DNA from: Tubiluchus corallicola | Lineage: Eukaryota; Animalia; Priapulida | Direction: 5' to 3' | DNA length: 64,000 nt | NCBI GenBank assembly: GCA_030141605.1 | Contig: JAQGDQ010000904.1 | Location: 17,917 to 81,916, forward strand | Part shown: positions 50,901 through 63,330 of the stretch, piece by piece | How the letters are laid out: each line of letters opens with the position of its first letter | Position numbering within the stretch: position 1 is the stretch's first letter | Notes under the pieces: generated by a model | What the model saw: only the letters and a program-made list of their open reading frames with translations | Database searches by the model: none | Told to the model about the DNA's origin: nothing | Made by a program: the position numbers and the translations under genes

Positions 50901-53900
50901 ATCCACTGTAGAAAGAAAGGTGGCCGGGCTAGCTCACTGTTCTTCTTGTGCTGATGCATTATGCCAGGCCCGTATCATTGTTTTTCGTTAAAGTCATTCA
51001 GAAGTATACATGTGGCTAGTTAACTTATATATATATATATATAGTTATATATCTGTTACATGAAATTATGTAGTGCAGTTAATCAATTCCCTATCTCCTG
51101 AGATTAAATATGCACTTATGTGCTAAGCATTTTATATTGTTCACTTTTCTTTGCGACCCCTTTCATAGGAGTTATTTGATTAAGCAGCGATGCTATATGC
51201 AGCATAATTATACTACACTGAAGAAGTATTTTGCTCTATGTGCATTTATGTTTGCCTGTGAATTTAAACTGTTATATAATACCTCATATCATGGGCATTG
51301 CATCGAATCCTACATGATTTTTGCTCTACCAAATGCTCTAATTTTTGTATTCTGTAATCCCTTGCAGATATGGAGAGATTTTTATATGGGAATCTTCTGC
51401 ATTATGTCCTTGGGTGTCTTATCTTGTCAGCTACACAAGGACTTTCTCTCACCTAGATGGACGTCATATCGTGTTACAATGTATCTAACATTAGCTGCTT
51501 ATGGAGTCATACCCTCTCTTCACTGGATCTACTTGAGTGGCGGCTTCGATAGTAATGTTGTACAGGTACTTTGCTACCCATGTTGTGAAGGCTACAAATG
51601 TTTTTACCCATCAGTTATTGCAAGTCATAGGGATACACATATGAAATGATACACATTTGGAGTTACACTGTGATACGATAAGATACTTTTTTCCAAGGAT
51701 ACGAGAACGATAATCTGTTTTTTACACGATATGATATGATAAATTACTTAGAACGATAAAAATGATACTGCACGTTGGGTTAATTATCATGCAACGTGCC
51801 TCAGCGTACATCCTACTTTTAAAGATTGTTTCCCGATTAATGTATATAATTTTTAGCGAAGTTCTCTTCTTTGTATAAATGTGAGCTGAGACAGATAAAA
51901 ATAGTACGTGATTTATTACTACGTAGTATATATTTATTTGTGTTAACTGCACTGCTTGATCGTAACTGGAAAAATACCTCTAAAATTACAGTACTTGGCA
52001 TTCGCATATTACTAAACCAACTGAAGATAGCCGCTATTGCAGGAAGAAAGTACAAGAAGATTATTCAGACAACCAATAAATGACTCTGTTTTCAATATTT
52101 TTGCATAATTGTGGTATATAAGCAAAAAAGCAAAGTGAAATGATTTTATAATGGTGAGCATTATTTACTAAATTCGATACCATAATGATATTCCTAGAAT
52201 AATATCTATACGATAGCTTTAAAATCTAATTTTTCGTATCGATACGATAATCGACAATTATTGGTGCGTATCGGTATGATAATTATCAATACTTAACGCT
52301 ATCAGTAACATCCCTAGCAACTATTAGATACACATCAGTTTCTGCAGCTTTACATTAGCAGATATTTTCGACTATTTTGCTTGAAATTCAATGTGAACGA
52401 TCCAAGCTGTATGAACAGAGAATGGAATGCTGGCAGCTACTTCTAGTCAGGTTCTGTAACCTGTTTCCTTAAACTTACTCTGCAAAGTTGTGTTGTAAAT
52501 TTAGTTGGTTTTTTTTTGGGAACGCCATTCCAGTAGGCTTTAGCTTCGAACAGAGAATGGAATGCTGCCACTATTTCTGGGCTAGTTCTTGAACCTGTTT
52601 CCTTAATCCTATTCTGTAAAGTTATGTTGTAAATTTCGTCGGTTTGGGGGCCATCTGTGCAAAGACAACCTTTGCTTATTAATTTTTATTACTACAGATT
52701 TGTTACTACGGGAAGCACCACTTCACGTTTTCATAAGTTTTCTTTAAATAAAAGCTGATTTCATAACTTAAAGCTCGACACGTATTTCACTAAGGTTAGC
52801 GTCATTCAATATGTTTCAAATGCTGTTGAACATAACCTGCAAGACTCGAATAATTTCTTTTGTAGCAGCTGAACATCTGTTTAACTTTGTTATAAATAGT
52901 GAATGTTTAAGGTAAAAGGTGTAGAAATAAACATACGTTTTTGTGTCTATATTTTGATATCTGTAAGGCTGCCAATGACTAAGTTGTCATTTCAGTGTTG
53001 TGTCATCTCATATTTCAAGCACAAGAAAACACTCTAAATAAAGCTGAAAAAATTCATCTTGAAATTTTGTATCACTTACATGCTGTCTTATTGTGCACGT
53101 GGCTTATGAGCAGTAACACTGTAGAAAGCTTGTAAATTTTAACTCCCGCGCCAACCGTTAAGCGCAAACATTTTGAGGGTAATTCATTTAGAATAAGTTT
53201 AGATAACCTTGCCTTAAGTTTGAAAAAATATTCAGAGCATTTGTAGCACACTTTTCGCTAACTAAAAAAAAGTTTAAATTACTTTATATCGTCAATAACA
53301 TCAGTAGAGTGTTTTTAGTGACTGAGTGGTGCATTGGGATGGTGGTGCAGTGCAGTTTTATCAGGTGGTGCTAATATTTTAAAGTATTAGAAATTTTCTC
53401 TTCTAATTACATAAGTCTTTCAAACACGTAAGCGTAATGGAGAGTAATATAACTATGTTTGGAAAGTTTTTTTGAGACCTATTTTAAAATAGCCTTTTTT
53501 CCCCTTTAAATATGGAAATTAAAAATTAGTATTTTTAGTTAATCCTGCAAATTGCTTAAATTCTAAAATTAAAAATTAAAATCAGTTTTAAAAAAAGAAA
53601 TCTTGATTTTTCCCCAATCAAAAAGTGTAAAAATTTGTATAGTTGTTTTTCAAAACTAGAGCATTGTAACAACTTTTATGCAATACAATAGTCGCCAACT
53701 TTGGGACCCATGTGTTTTGACCCATTTAACCAATTGAACCTATTAACCCATGGCTGTAGTATTACTGCTATAGAAGTATGAGTCATCAGCTTACTATGTA
53801 CTGCAAGGGCCTTTAATCAATTTTAGAAACAAAGTAATGCCTAAATTCCTTTGTGCAGTTAAAAATTAGAAAAAAATATTATAGAATATTAATTTATATA

Positions 53901-56777
53901 AGTGAATTAACAATAAATTAAAAAGTATACTTTTACAAATCACACAAGTCTGAATTTAGCATGACTAAAACAGTTCTGAATTGTCTGCTCACTTACATTG
54001 CTCCAAAAAATAGCTAGTAAATGTGCTGTACCTGCATCTTAGACTATTAACTCATTAAGCCTGAAAGGGTGATTTGCAACTAGAGCATCAAAAGGAAATC
54101 GTTAGGCAAATGATTAAATGTTTAGCTTCCAGAAATTCTTTGGGTAACGAGGTTAATTGCAGTAGGCGAGCGGGTAACAGATTCAAAGCAAAACCACTAC
54201 GCTAGCAGAATTATCGTATAACAAACGTACCTGCTTGCAAACAAAATGGTACTTAACATGATTATTTCTACATATATAATGCCCAAAAGGGAAGTAAAGA
54301 TGACATAAAAGTAGGAAAGGCTGTTTGGGCACATACAAATGTCTTATTTTAAGTACGTGAAGGAAAAATATTGAGTCAGTTAACCGAAGTTATTTGAGTC
54401 AATTACCGATAGTTTTTATGTATATTCAAATAAAATCAGCCCGTTCCAGGCATTTTTGAGTCAGTTAAGCGATTGAGTCTATTAGTTGTGAGTCTATTAA
54501 GCAGCGACTACTGTACTATCAAAAACAATTCAGTATTTGTATAGTCATGATGGAACTGAGCCTTTTTTATCATTATTTTTGTGCACCATACTAATGTTGA
54601 CTTTTCCTGGAAGTATATGCATTTTTTGCTGTTGCTTCCTACAATTTTGCCTTTTAATTCTAATATTCATGCCAGTTGCCTATTAGTCCACATCTTCACC
54701 TGGGTCTTATATTTGCGAAATTTTCACCAGAAAATTGTTACCCTGATTAGTACATCTTGTGTTTTAACCTATATATTTTGATTGTAGTTTCTTGCCTTCC
54801 ATTGCCATTCAAGACAACTCACAAGTTCCCTTCTTTAAAAATTAGTATAATTATTTTACTTTCTGTTTGTGATATAAGCTTGTATATTATCTGAAACTTA
54901 ATGAATGAAATAACAGGGAAAAATACAATTTAAGAAAAAATAACAGCATCTATTGTTTTTGTAAAATAGCTTTGTTACAGTCTACAATCTCTGAGTAAAA
55001 TTTCGCTTTATATTGAAAGAGGGTGTAAAAGACCGTATGGTCATTCCGTTTACCCATACTGTTTAAATATTTAGCTTCATCTATTTATTACATGCTGTAA
55101 ATCATGGTTATGTGTGAAATAACGCTCTTCTGTCTTATTCTGGTCACTGGCCTAATTTGGGACACTATGCACAATGTAAAAAAAGCAATTACAGTGCTTT
55201 CGTACACAAATGGTTAAAACCATGATTTTTTTTTATTATTTTCAGAATTTCATTCCGAAAGTTATTGTTATGTACTTACTGTGTGCTCTTGCATTTGGCT
55301 TCTTTATCACTTACATTCCTGAAAGATGGATGCCAGGTATATTTAACATTGATTACTGCAATGATGTAGTGGTTACCTTGACTAGCTTGATCTAGTGCAC
55401 AAAAGAATTACCCTTGCAGTGTGGGTCTGAGTTAGAAACCAAACCAGTTTTTAGAAAGCACTTGACCAGGTGTGTGCACAAAAATGATGAAATTATTCTA
55501 GGGATGCAATTATTAATGCCAAGTTAGCAAAATATCTGTTTCATGTATACACAAGAAATGTAAATTTCTAATGTTGAGTGTTTGCCTGCATGTTTGGAAG
55601 AAACAATCATCAATACTAAACTAAAACAAACTACAGGCATTTAGCAGGAAATCTTTTTATAGTAATGAGCATTCTCTTTTTTGATGTGTGCTACATACCT
55701 ATTCCAGGCAGCTGTCATACTGTTATGTGGATATGTGTAATAATTATATTTTGCTGCCCTCCAAGGCAATACAAGGTGGTTAGAGGCTGTCTAAAATATG
55801 TGATCCATAGGGTACAGAATTAAGTCACAGAGAACAATGGAGCTATGTTAGCGGCACCAAATTAGGAAAACTTTTCCTATGTACGTTGTAATGGGAAAAA
55901 AATTCCAACCTTCTTAATTGTGCAACAAAAGCTTGTACTGAAAATACAGAATAAATGATACACCCATTGAGAGTTTACCACATTAACATCTCTACAAGCA
56001 AAATTATTTTTGGTTTAATAATTTTACGGAAGAAATAAAAGAGGAACTTGACCTGTTAAAATAAAGAACTAGTTCATATAGGTTTTGAAATGAAACTCAA
56101 CTAATCTTAAGTTACTGAAGAGTGTAACAGGTTGTTGAAAGGGGTATAGCACTCGTGCTGCAATATAATACTTGCAGTTTGGTAGAAATACTGGAGGGGG
56201 AGTAACAAATGATAGTATGTATATTTAAAGTCCTATCCTAAGCTTAGAAAATACCGTTAAAGGTCTATATAATTCCAACAGACATCTGTGAAGTTTTTTT
56301 AATGCATTATTATGATTACACAAAGAATTCATAATTATTATTAAACAAAAGAGACATAAATTAAATAACTTGCCTAATCAAAAGAAACAAGTTTTACAAT
56401 GAGTTTATAAATAAATTGAACATCCCTAATGAGAGTAGGATTTTAAGTTGTAAAAGCTTATGTTACAGTGAGGATTTGGTTTGACTTTAAGACTTATCCT
56501 AAGCTTAAAAACCCTGTTAATGTAGCTTTTTGGTTGTGTAATTTAGCATATCTATTACACATTCGCATGCCATTGTTTACAAATGGTTTTAATAATGAAA
56601 AACTTTGAGGAAGTATTACTCATAGTTTATCATTTTCGTTATTTTCTTGTAGGAAAGCTAGATTTCATCGGACACAGCCATCAGTGGTGGCATGTTATTT
56701 TGGTCATTGCTCTGTACTGGTGGCATAACTCTGGTATTGAATTTGGTGCATATATGATTCAGCAAAGCTGCCAGTAA
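47978..56777 (+). CDS. PAQR3: Progestin and adipoQ receptor family member 3, about 332 aa
   Basis: Exons 47978-48035, 48229-48439, 48639-48801, 50561-50713, 51368-51565, 55246-55336, 56653-56777 (999 nt). Motifs FLKGNPYITDGYRAYL, SNESINIWSH, SAFYH, PERWMPG, SHQWWH. The first coding exon (gccATG) is less certain; the alternative start is ATG 48240. Confidence 0.92.
48956..49023 (+). repeat. Intronic duplicate of the 3' end of PAQR3 exon 48639-48801, including a donor site
   Basis: tgctgtttctgattttggaggtggtgcatcagatgtgctggtcctttatctagctatgaccctttcag|gt copies about 48732-48801 with a 2-nt deletion. Confidence 0.9.
49962..50462. mobile_element. TTAA-flanked Kolobok-like non-autonomous element
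   Basis: ttaaaggacaa ... ttttcctttaa termini. Confidence 0.5.
51628..52316. mobile_element. hAT-like MITE
   Basis: TAGGGAT...ATCCCTA termini; dense cgata/tatcg subterminal repeats at both ends; TSD only partly matching (gcaagtca / gcaactat). Confidence 0.6.
52413..52646. repeat. Diverged direct repeat, about 100 bp x2
   Basis: gaacagagaatggaatgctg...aacctgtttccttaa...tgttgtaaattt at about 52413 and 52548. Confidence 0.8.
53015..53509. mobile_element. Kolobok-like element, inverted relative of 40816-41295
   Basis: Starts aagcacaagaaaac and ends cctatttt...cccctttaa, matching the reverse complement of the ends of the 40816 element. Confidence 0.55.
53686..54513. mobile_element. Tc1/mariner (pogo/Tigger-like) non-autonomous element
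   Basis: TA|caatagtcgc ... gcgactactg|TA termini; gagtc(a/t)-ttaa subterminal repeats at 54373-54500. Confidence 0.55.
56257..56490. mobile_element. Internally deleted relative of the 4466-4858 element
   Basis: ttaaaggtc...gactttaa; shares both arms with the 4466 copy but lacks its roughly 190-bp centre. Confidence 0.65.
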
Positions 56778-58173
56778 TTTCTGTGCTAATTTGGCGAGTT
56801 GTATGCTTGCTAAATTGTGAGATGACCACAAATAAAGTTCAAATATGGAGTGAACAACACAGCAACTGTGTAAGAAACTGCACTACGTATCGCAACAAAG
56901 ATCTTACTGACTGATCAGAATGATGCTTTGATTATTGCCAAGAATCTAGTCTTAACATTTATAAACAATGTGTAATATTACCGTGGATATTATTTATGAC
57001 AATCATTGTAAACATGAATACAAATTTTATTTATAAATATATGCACTTCTGCAGCTTGCTGTGTAATTATATCGTCTTATTTTGAATATGTTCACTGAAA
57101 AGCTTCTTTTTTTTCTGTAATGTATTTCGTAAATTTTACAAGTTGGAGTAAATCTACGAAATCATGTAGCATGCATAACTTTTTTGTCCGCAAAATCTGT
57201 ATTAATGCCAGCTGCTTTAGGTCACACAACAGATTTTAAAATACAATTATTTTGTAGATATATCACTGTCTTAGTAGTCCTGTCAAAAAGCTACCGACTA
57301 GTCAGTTGAACTGCAAATTTTTTTAGTTCGTGATGTTCTGCTGTCGAAAAGCAGAGTACTCAAAATTATTTTAACATTTGTATGTTATTTGGGGTACCTT
57401 CTTTGATATCACATCAGACTATTTGAATTAACGTATTTGCTATCAAATAAATTCAAGAGAAGAGAAAAGTTTTAATGTATTTTTGCTTCTCAACAATAAC
57501 AGGTGCCTAATACTGTAAAAATAATTACAGCAATTTTTAATTTATTCTCACTGCAAAATCACAAAATTAAATAAGCTGTGAAACTTATTTTATACTAAAT
57601 AACTGTCATCCCTTAACTATTATACTTTTTGTACAGTGACATGTGCACAACTGACATGAACATACATTATTAAGTTTTGATAATAGTTGGTTACTATGTA
57701 TGCAAAGTAGGTTCAATTCATGAATACAATTTTGGGCATTCTATACAGCGACATGGCAGCTTTTAACAATTTATGCGATGCAAGTTAATTTTTTCCAGAA
57801 GTAATCATATTTCTACTAGACTAATCAACTACTAGACCAGTCACAAGTAATTATTGTTATGTAATAACTCATTGTTATTATATCGCAAGTTTACATATTC
57901 CATCTTCTTTCATCAATTTGGTCAAGATTAATCTTCTCAATAAAATTATCAATGCAGTACTGCAATATTTTACTTATTTCTTTGCAGCTGAGTAGCCTTT
58001 CAGTGTGTTTATTATCTATAAGACAAACGTTAATTGGAATTAACACATTTTAACTGTGTGGGCATGCACTGCAAATTCAACGATGTTTTCATCCGTATAC
58101 TCTAAAATACAACACAATTCTTAAAATTAATGATGAATAAACTATAAAATTAAATCACGATTGATGTGTAAAG

Positions 58174-58803
58174 TCAACAATTATAGGGACATCTGTGCCG
58201 TATTACATGAAACTTTGACTTGTCAGCTACATCAAAATAATTCATTTGAAGTCTTTGAGCTAGCTTTTTGGCGAGCTTTCTCATCTTGTTCACGTTAGCA
58301 GAGGCTCTGGTTATGCACACTTCTTCACAGTGGAATCCATTTATGACAATTGTCACGTACTGGTCACCATTTCCACTCTGCTGTCCTTTCAATCGAATAT
58401 AGAAGTTATGGGCGTGACCTCTATAGACCAACTGCCCTCTTTGATGGTACTCGTAGTCCTCATTCTCTGGACAGAATACCAGTGCATTTGTGCCTCTTGA
58501 TTTAAAGGCAAAATACAATGACATTAACATTGCTATAGCTGCCAGAAACGTTGTCTGTTCAATGTGAGTCGTGTAATATGTACTTATGGCAATCCACGCC
58601 ACTACACTTAACAGGAAAAAACCAATTGCATAAAGAAACGTAATGGATTTTACATAAACCACATAAACATTGGGCAGTACCTCTACGAATGGATAAATTG
58701 GATTTTGCTCTAGTTTTTTCTTAAATACATCTTCAGCTCTCTCCCACAGATGCAAATCCCAAACGACAACTTGAGACTTCTTTGGTAGATAACTTTCATA
58801 CAT
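58174..58803 (-). CDS. TMEM249: TMEM249 / CatSper auxiliary subunit theta-like, 209 aa, intronless CDS
   Basis: First ATG at 58803 (the track's start is TTG). Two TM helices; YPFVEVLPNV, HNFYIRL and LAQRLQMNYFD...S.FHVIRH match my recollection of human TMEM249 (YPFVQQEPNV, HLVYVRL, IARKLNINYFD...SYRHVVRH). Acceptor ttttcag precedes 58855. Confidence 0.85.
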   Translation of the reverse strand: MYESYLPKKSQVVVWDLHLWERAEDVFKKKLEQNPIYPFVEVLPNVYVVYVKSITFLYAIGFFLLSVVAWIAISTYYTTHIEQTTFLAAIAMLMSLYFAFKSRGTNALVFCPENEDYEYHQRGQLVYRGHAHNFYIRLKGQQSGNGDQYVTIVINGFHCEEVCITRASANVNKMRKLAKKLAQRLQMNYFDVADKSKFHVIRHRCPYNC

Positions 58804-60818
58804 TTTGAGATTAACATGCAAAGTTATAGTGGTACCTAGTTAATGGACTACAACTCTGAAAATGATGAATCTCAAACTGTTTCATTTTTTAATTAACAAT
58901 GCCTGATATTTCTGGAAAGCATTGTTTTTATTATAAATGTATATTATGCCCATTGTTTTCAAAAACAATCACACAGCTAATTTAGTTCATTTCCTTCGGT
59001 TGGAACGTTCTGCATTTTCACTGGTTGCTCATTTCATATGTAATACTAAGGGTTTATCGGTACGCAGTTACTCTGATCTTTTCTTTTGCTTGCTTTTAAA
59101 CTCATTGTTAACATTTTGCTATCATATTTCAATATTACAGTCTTATGAAACGTTTTGAAAAGAACTTGAATACCTTGTTTCACTAGAAATTTAAAGAAAC
59201 TCAATTGATTATAGGCTCACCAACCTTCTCATTTTGGGTCTGTTCCAAACTTTATTTGAATTAGCTTTACAAGTTTCATTTTGACTTCTAAGAAGTGCCC
59301 ATCTTGTCAGGTGCACCATTTCTTTCAAAACTTATGCTTCTGTCAGTTCTGTGTCTCAAAAATTCCGTTCCGCAAAACCGGCTCACAACTTTCAGTTTTT
59401 TGTCCTTGACCAGTATAATTAAGATGACAAACCTTTCAAGTGAAGTGTAAAATAGATCACCAGTTAAAATTCCAAACGCAACTCGTAAGATCCATCAAGT
59501 ACAATGTACAGAATATAGATACAATGGAAAGTCAAGGAAAGTAAACACTTGTGTTGGGAAAAAATCTGATGCAATTTTTTTGATGTGAAACTATCAGAGA
59601 TGAATTTTCTTAGTGTCACATCATAACTTGGTTTCGAAATTTAAATTTTCATACTTCACAGTGTGTGGGTGTGCATGCATATGGTGACCTGCAGAATGTG
59701 CCAGTTCAAAACGATTTCAAAGCCAGGTGTTAAAAACTATAGTAACAACACTTTATTATTAAATATTTTACTAACAATGCAAAAACACTGCAAGTCAACA
59801 GATATTATTACAAATGTGCGAGGTAGAAAAACAAATATAAAAAGGCTCTCAGAACTATTGAACATGTTTAACCTAATGTTAAATTAAGGAGAATATTCTA
59901 CAAAATATAAGTTAGGCAGATATGTCATTAGATCAAAAAGTTGATGCATGAGCTTCTATTTATAGCTACGTGTAGACAGATTTTACACAGTGGTAGCAAA
60001 ATGAACATTAAAAATCCTTTGGGAATGTGGCCAAATGCAAATGATGTGGCAGCTGTGCAGTATAAACTTAATCGTTTGCAAAATTTAATATCCTTTCCCA
60101 CTTTTTACATTTACCATGGTGTTAATTTACAACAATAGCTTGACAAATTTTAACGTTAAGATCTAGATTCCATTTCTAACAAGCAGCATCTGTAGCTTAC
60201 GGCTGGTGCCCATATTTACCAATGTTTGGGGCCATGTTTAGGGTAGACATTTGGCAGGTGATGTGAGAACGTCATTATGATGCAAGGTAGGTTAGCTATT
60301 TCGTCATGACATTGTTATCTAACTTCACACGTGCGTGCTAGCAGCAGATGGTGCTACTGCTGATACTAATAGAATCCAATGATGGCAATCCATTAATTAA
60401 CACAAGTGATTTGTTGCTGCCTTTTGGAGGAAAAAGAATAAAATGAAAAAAAAATCTACATTGGTGTGATAATAATATCAATATAAGGGGCAGGTAAGTG
60501 GTGGGATATATGATAACACCATTATAATGCCAGATAAGCAGGTCCTCAAAATCGGCATAAAGCTTGATATTGTTATAATTATGTGGATGGCTTCTTTTAG
60601 ATGGGTCAGCTCCTGCATATCATAAAAAGATGTGGAGTTTGAGATCTGCATTTGCTGCAAACTAATCCTTAATATCAAATTACTTAGTATCTTCAAATCT
60701 TTCCTTTTTACTCAACATTAAAAACTGCTTGGAGGCCCAGACTTGTCATAGGCTTTAATAATATTAACAAAGAAAATCTGAAAGGTCCTTGAGCATGTAT
60801 GTCAGTGTAAAATAGCAT

Positions 60819-62192
60819 CTAAATATAATCATCTTTGAAAGCTGGATTAAGGCTTCCTGGTTCTTCTGGTTGAGGATTGTGCATCCTTGTCACATTTGGA
60901 TCAGTCGTTGGATCGAATTGTCGCCTAAGCAAGTAAACTGCAACTAAAGTGCCAATTGCAAGAAATATACCCACAGTAGGCAAGATGGTTGCCAAAAGAA
61001 TCTGTGTCCGATTGTAAATTTTATTTTTTATAATCTGAGTTTTGTGTGAAGGATCAATCCAGCAAGAATACTCTGAGCCTACTACACCGTATTTAGACTG
61101 GTACTGAAATATAGCATCTCGATTTCTTTGAAATCTGGAGCCGCAAACTTCTTTTGCACACTGCAAAAAAAACTCGTAAGTGAAAAATATTGTAGTTTCA
61201 CTAGTTTGTAACGAATAAAATGCCAAAATTAACCAATCATAAGATTTATAATTAATCTCAAACGTGAAATTGGACAAGATACAACTATGCACACATGAAT
61301 TCAACTGAAAAATATATTGCTAGCATTTTAATGCCTAAGCTCATTTTTTCCAGTTTTTAACTGTTTGTTGTATCCTGTATTACTTCATTGTAGTGGAATT
61401 TCATGCTTTTACTACAAGCAAGAAATAACAACAATGCCTTTTACAGACTATAGTAAACTAACTGCTTAGTTTAAAAATTTTGCTCATAACAGGCAAAACA
61501 GACAGTCATTATTCACAAGTGAATGACCTCTTGAATCATTAACTAGTATTCACCGAGATCAGCCCAAGCAGCAGAACATTCAGTTATAGTATTTAAGATC
61601 GTGTTTAGAACGTTAACTGTAGAAGAAATATTGTGAAGATGGTGTGGTTAATTATTCAAAAATCACATATTGGCTCGTTATGAATAACTTTTGAAATAAC
61701 CTGGATCAGAACTCGTAATTTGGTATTCCAAATTGAATATGGAATTTTCAGTCAATAAAAACTTTCTTTTAACAAAAAAGTTGTGGAATAGCCCGAACAC
61801 AGAGGTAAAAATTGAACAAAACAATAGTCACTTATTTTAAAGTTTAGACTTACCTCGCCGTCCTTGTGTGCTAACTTTTCATTCTCATACATATAACCGA
61901 CTGTAACGTTCTTAAAAATAGGATCAATATATTCAACTTCAATTCGTAAACATGGAAAACTCGATTGACAGCTCTGGCCGCAAGTACACGATTTATAATA
62001 GGGCAAGTACGACGAACTCATTACTGTACATGTGGCCGACTGAAATTCCATAACATGTCTGTATGGCTTAACGATAATAACACCCAACAATATCAACGAT
62101 ACGGATGCAAAAAACAGCACAAAAGAACACGTAAAACAACAGCATTTGTGGAGATTCTTCAAGTGATGTCTCACTTCCAGCCAGTGAGGCAT
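60819..62192 (-). CDS. Calcium-activated potassium (BK/Slo) channel beta subunit-like (KCNMB/CaKB family), 226 aa
   Basis: Exons 62192-61854 and 61160-60819, phase 0. Two TM helices flank a loop with 8 Cys; IVKP, ATCTV, SCTCGQSCQSSFPCLRIEV, YENE and YSCWIDP fit the KCNMB pattern. Confidence 0.85.
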
Positions 62193-62699
62193 TTCTTCTA
62201 GTTCAACAGTAATATCACAGATGAAATAGAAAACTGCTTACAAACAAACTTACAACCTCTAATACAGGTGAGATGACGTTAATGAGATTTTGGCGATTGC
62301 AAACAGGTATAAACGGTGGTGGCGGCACCTATAGGCAAGGATTTACACTCAATTTTTTTGTATCATTCATGCAGTTTACAACATTTCTATGCCTAATGAT
62401 TATACTTGGCTATAATAATTTATTAAACGTTGCTTACTTAACAACGCATGTGTGTGTGTCCTAATTCCCAGATAACGATAATCATAATTCCCTGTTTATT
62501 TATAAGTTGTATTGTAAGTTGTTTAGTTATTTTTTGGTTGGTAATTTGTTACTTTGAAATAGGCTGCGTGCGTTGTTGTCTCGTAAACTAAACTTTGTTA
62601 AGTGTTATAGCTAATTGCGTGTTCAGACTAGCGAGTTTTCTGTGTGACAGCAAACTCGCAAGTGTGAACTCTTTGCAGGAAATGCGTAGTTGATTAAAG

Positions 62700-63330
62700 C
62701 TTTTCTATGTCTACTCTTTTCGCAAATTTTTGTTTAATTTTCCTAATGCAGAGGAATTAATTTTGCATTAAGTTATTAAGTGATTAAGTTATTGAACATT
62801 TCTCGTAGCTACACTGGCCCATTAACATACCACATAATCGTTATTAATTTTTACTAAAAAAAATAATGTTACGTACTTTGAGTCTTCAAAACCCACGTGT
62901 TAAAATGTACTTTATCACGGCGAGTTCAGACTAGCATGTTTTCTCGCCAAGTTAACTCGATCGCCAAGCAACTGACAAGCGTGTTCAAGAAGTGTTTGAT
63001 ATATGACAAAATTAAGTAGCTATCACATAGAAAAATTTTCACAAGAATATTCAGATAACAAAATTTAAAAACTTTAGAACATGGTTTTTTATTACAATTT
63101 TTATTTTTGCTGTAACACTTTACTTATCATCGTTAATTAGTATAAGCAACATATTTTAAAATCATACCTAATTGTCATGCCTACGCATTGAAGATTGAGG
63201 CCTTTCTATGTTTATACGCTCTTTGCATATTTTTGCTTAGTTTTCTCAATGCAGAGGATTTGATTTTGCATAATGTTATTGAACATTTCTCGCAGCTAAT
63301 ACCCAAACGTACCACATAATCGTTATCAGT
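62700..63330. repeat. Diverged direct repeat of about 130-150 bp (62700-62845 and 63202-63330), probably TE remnants
   Basis: Shared tttctatgt...aatgcagagga...ttttgcat...ttattgaacatttctcg...taccacataatcgttat. Confidence 0.75.

Noticed and set aside
51110-51649. 179-aa ORF as a separate gene
   Set aside because: Only 51368-51565 is coding (a PAQR3 exon); the rest is open intron.
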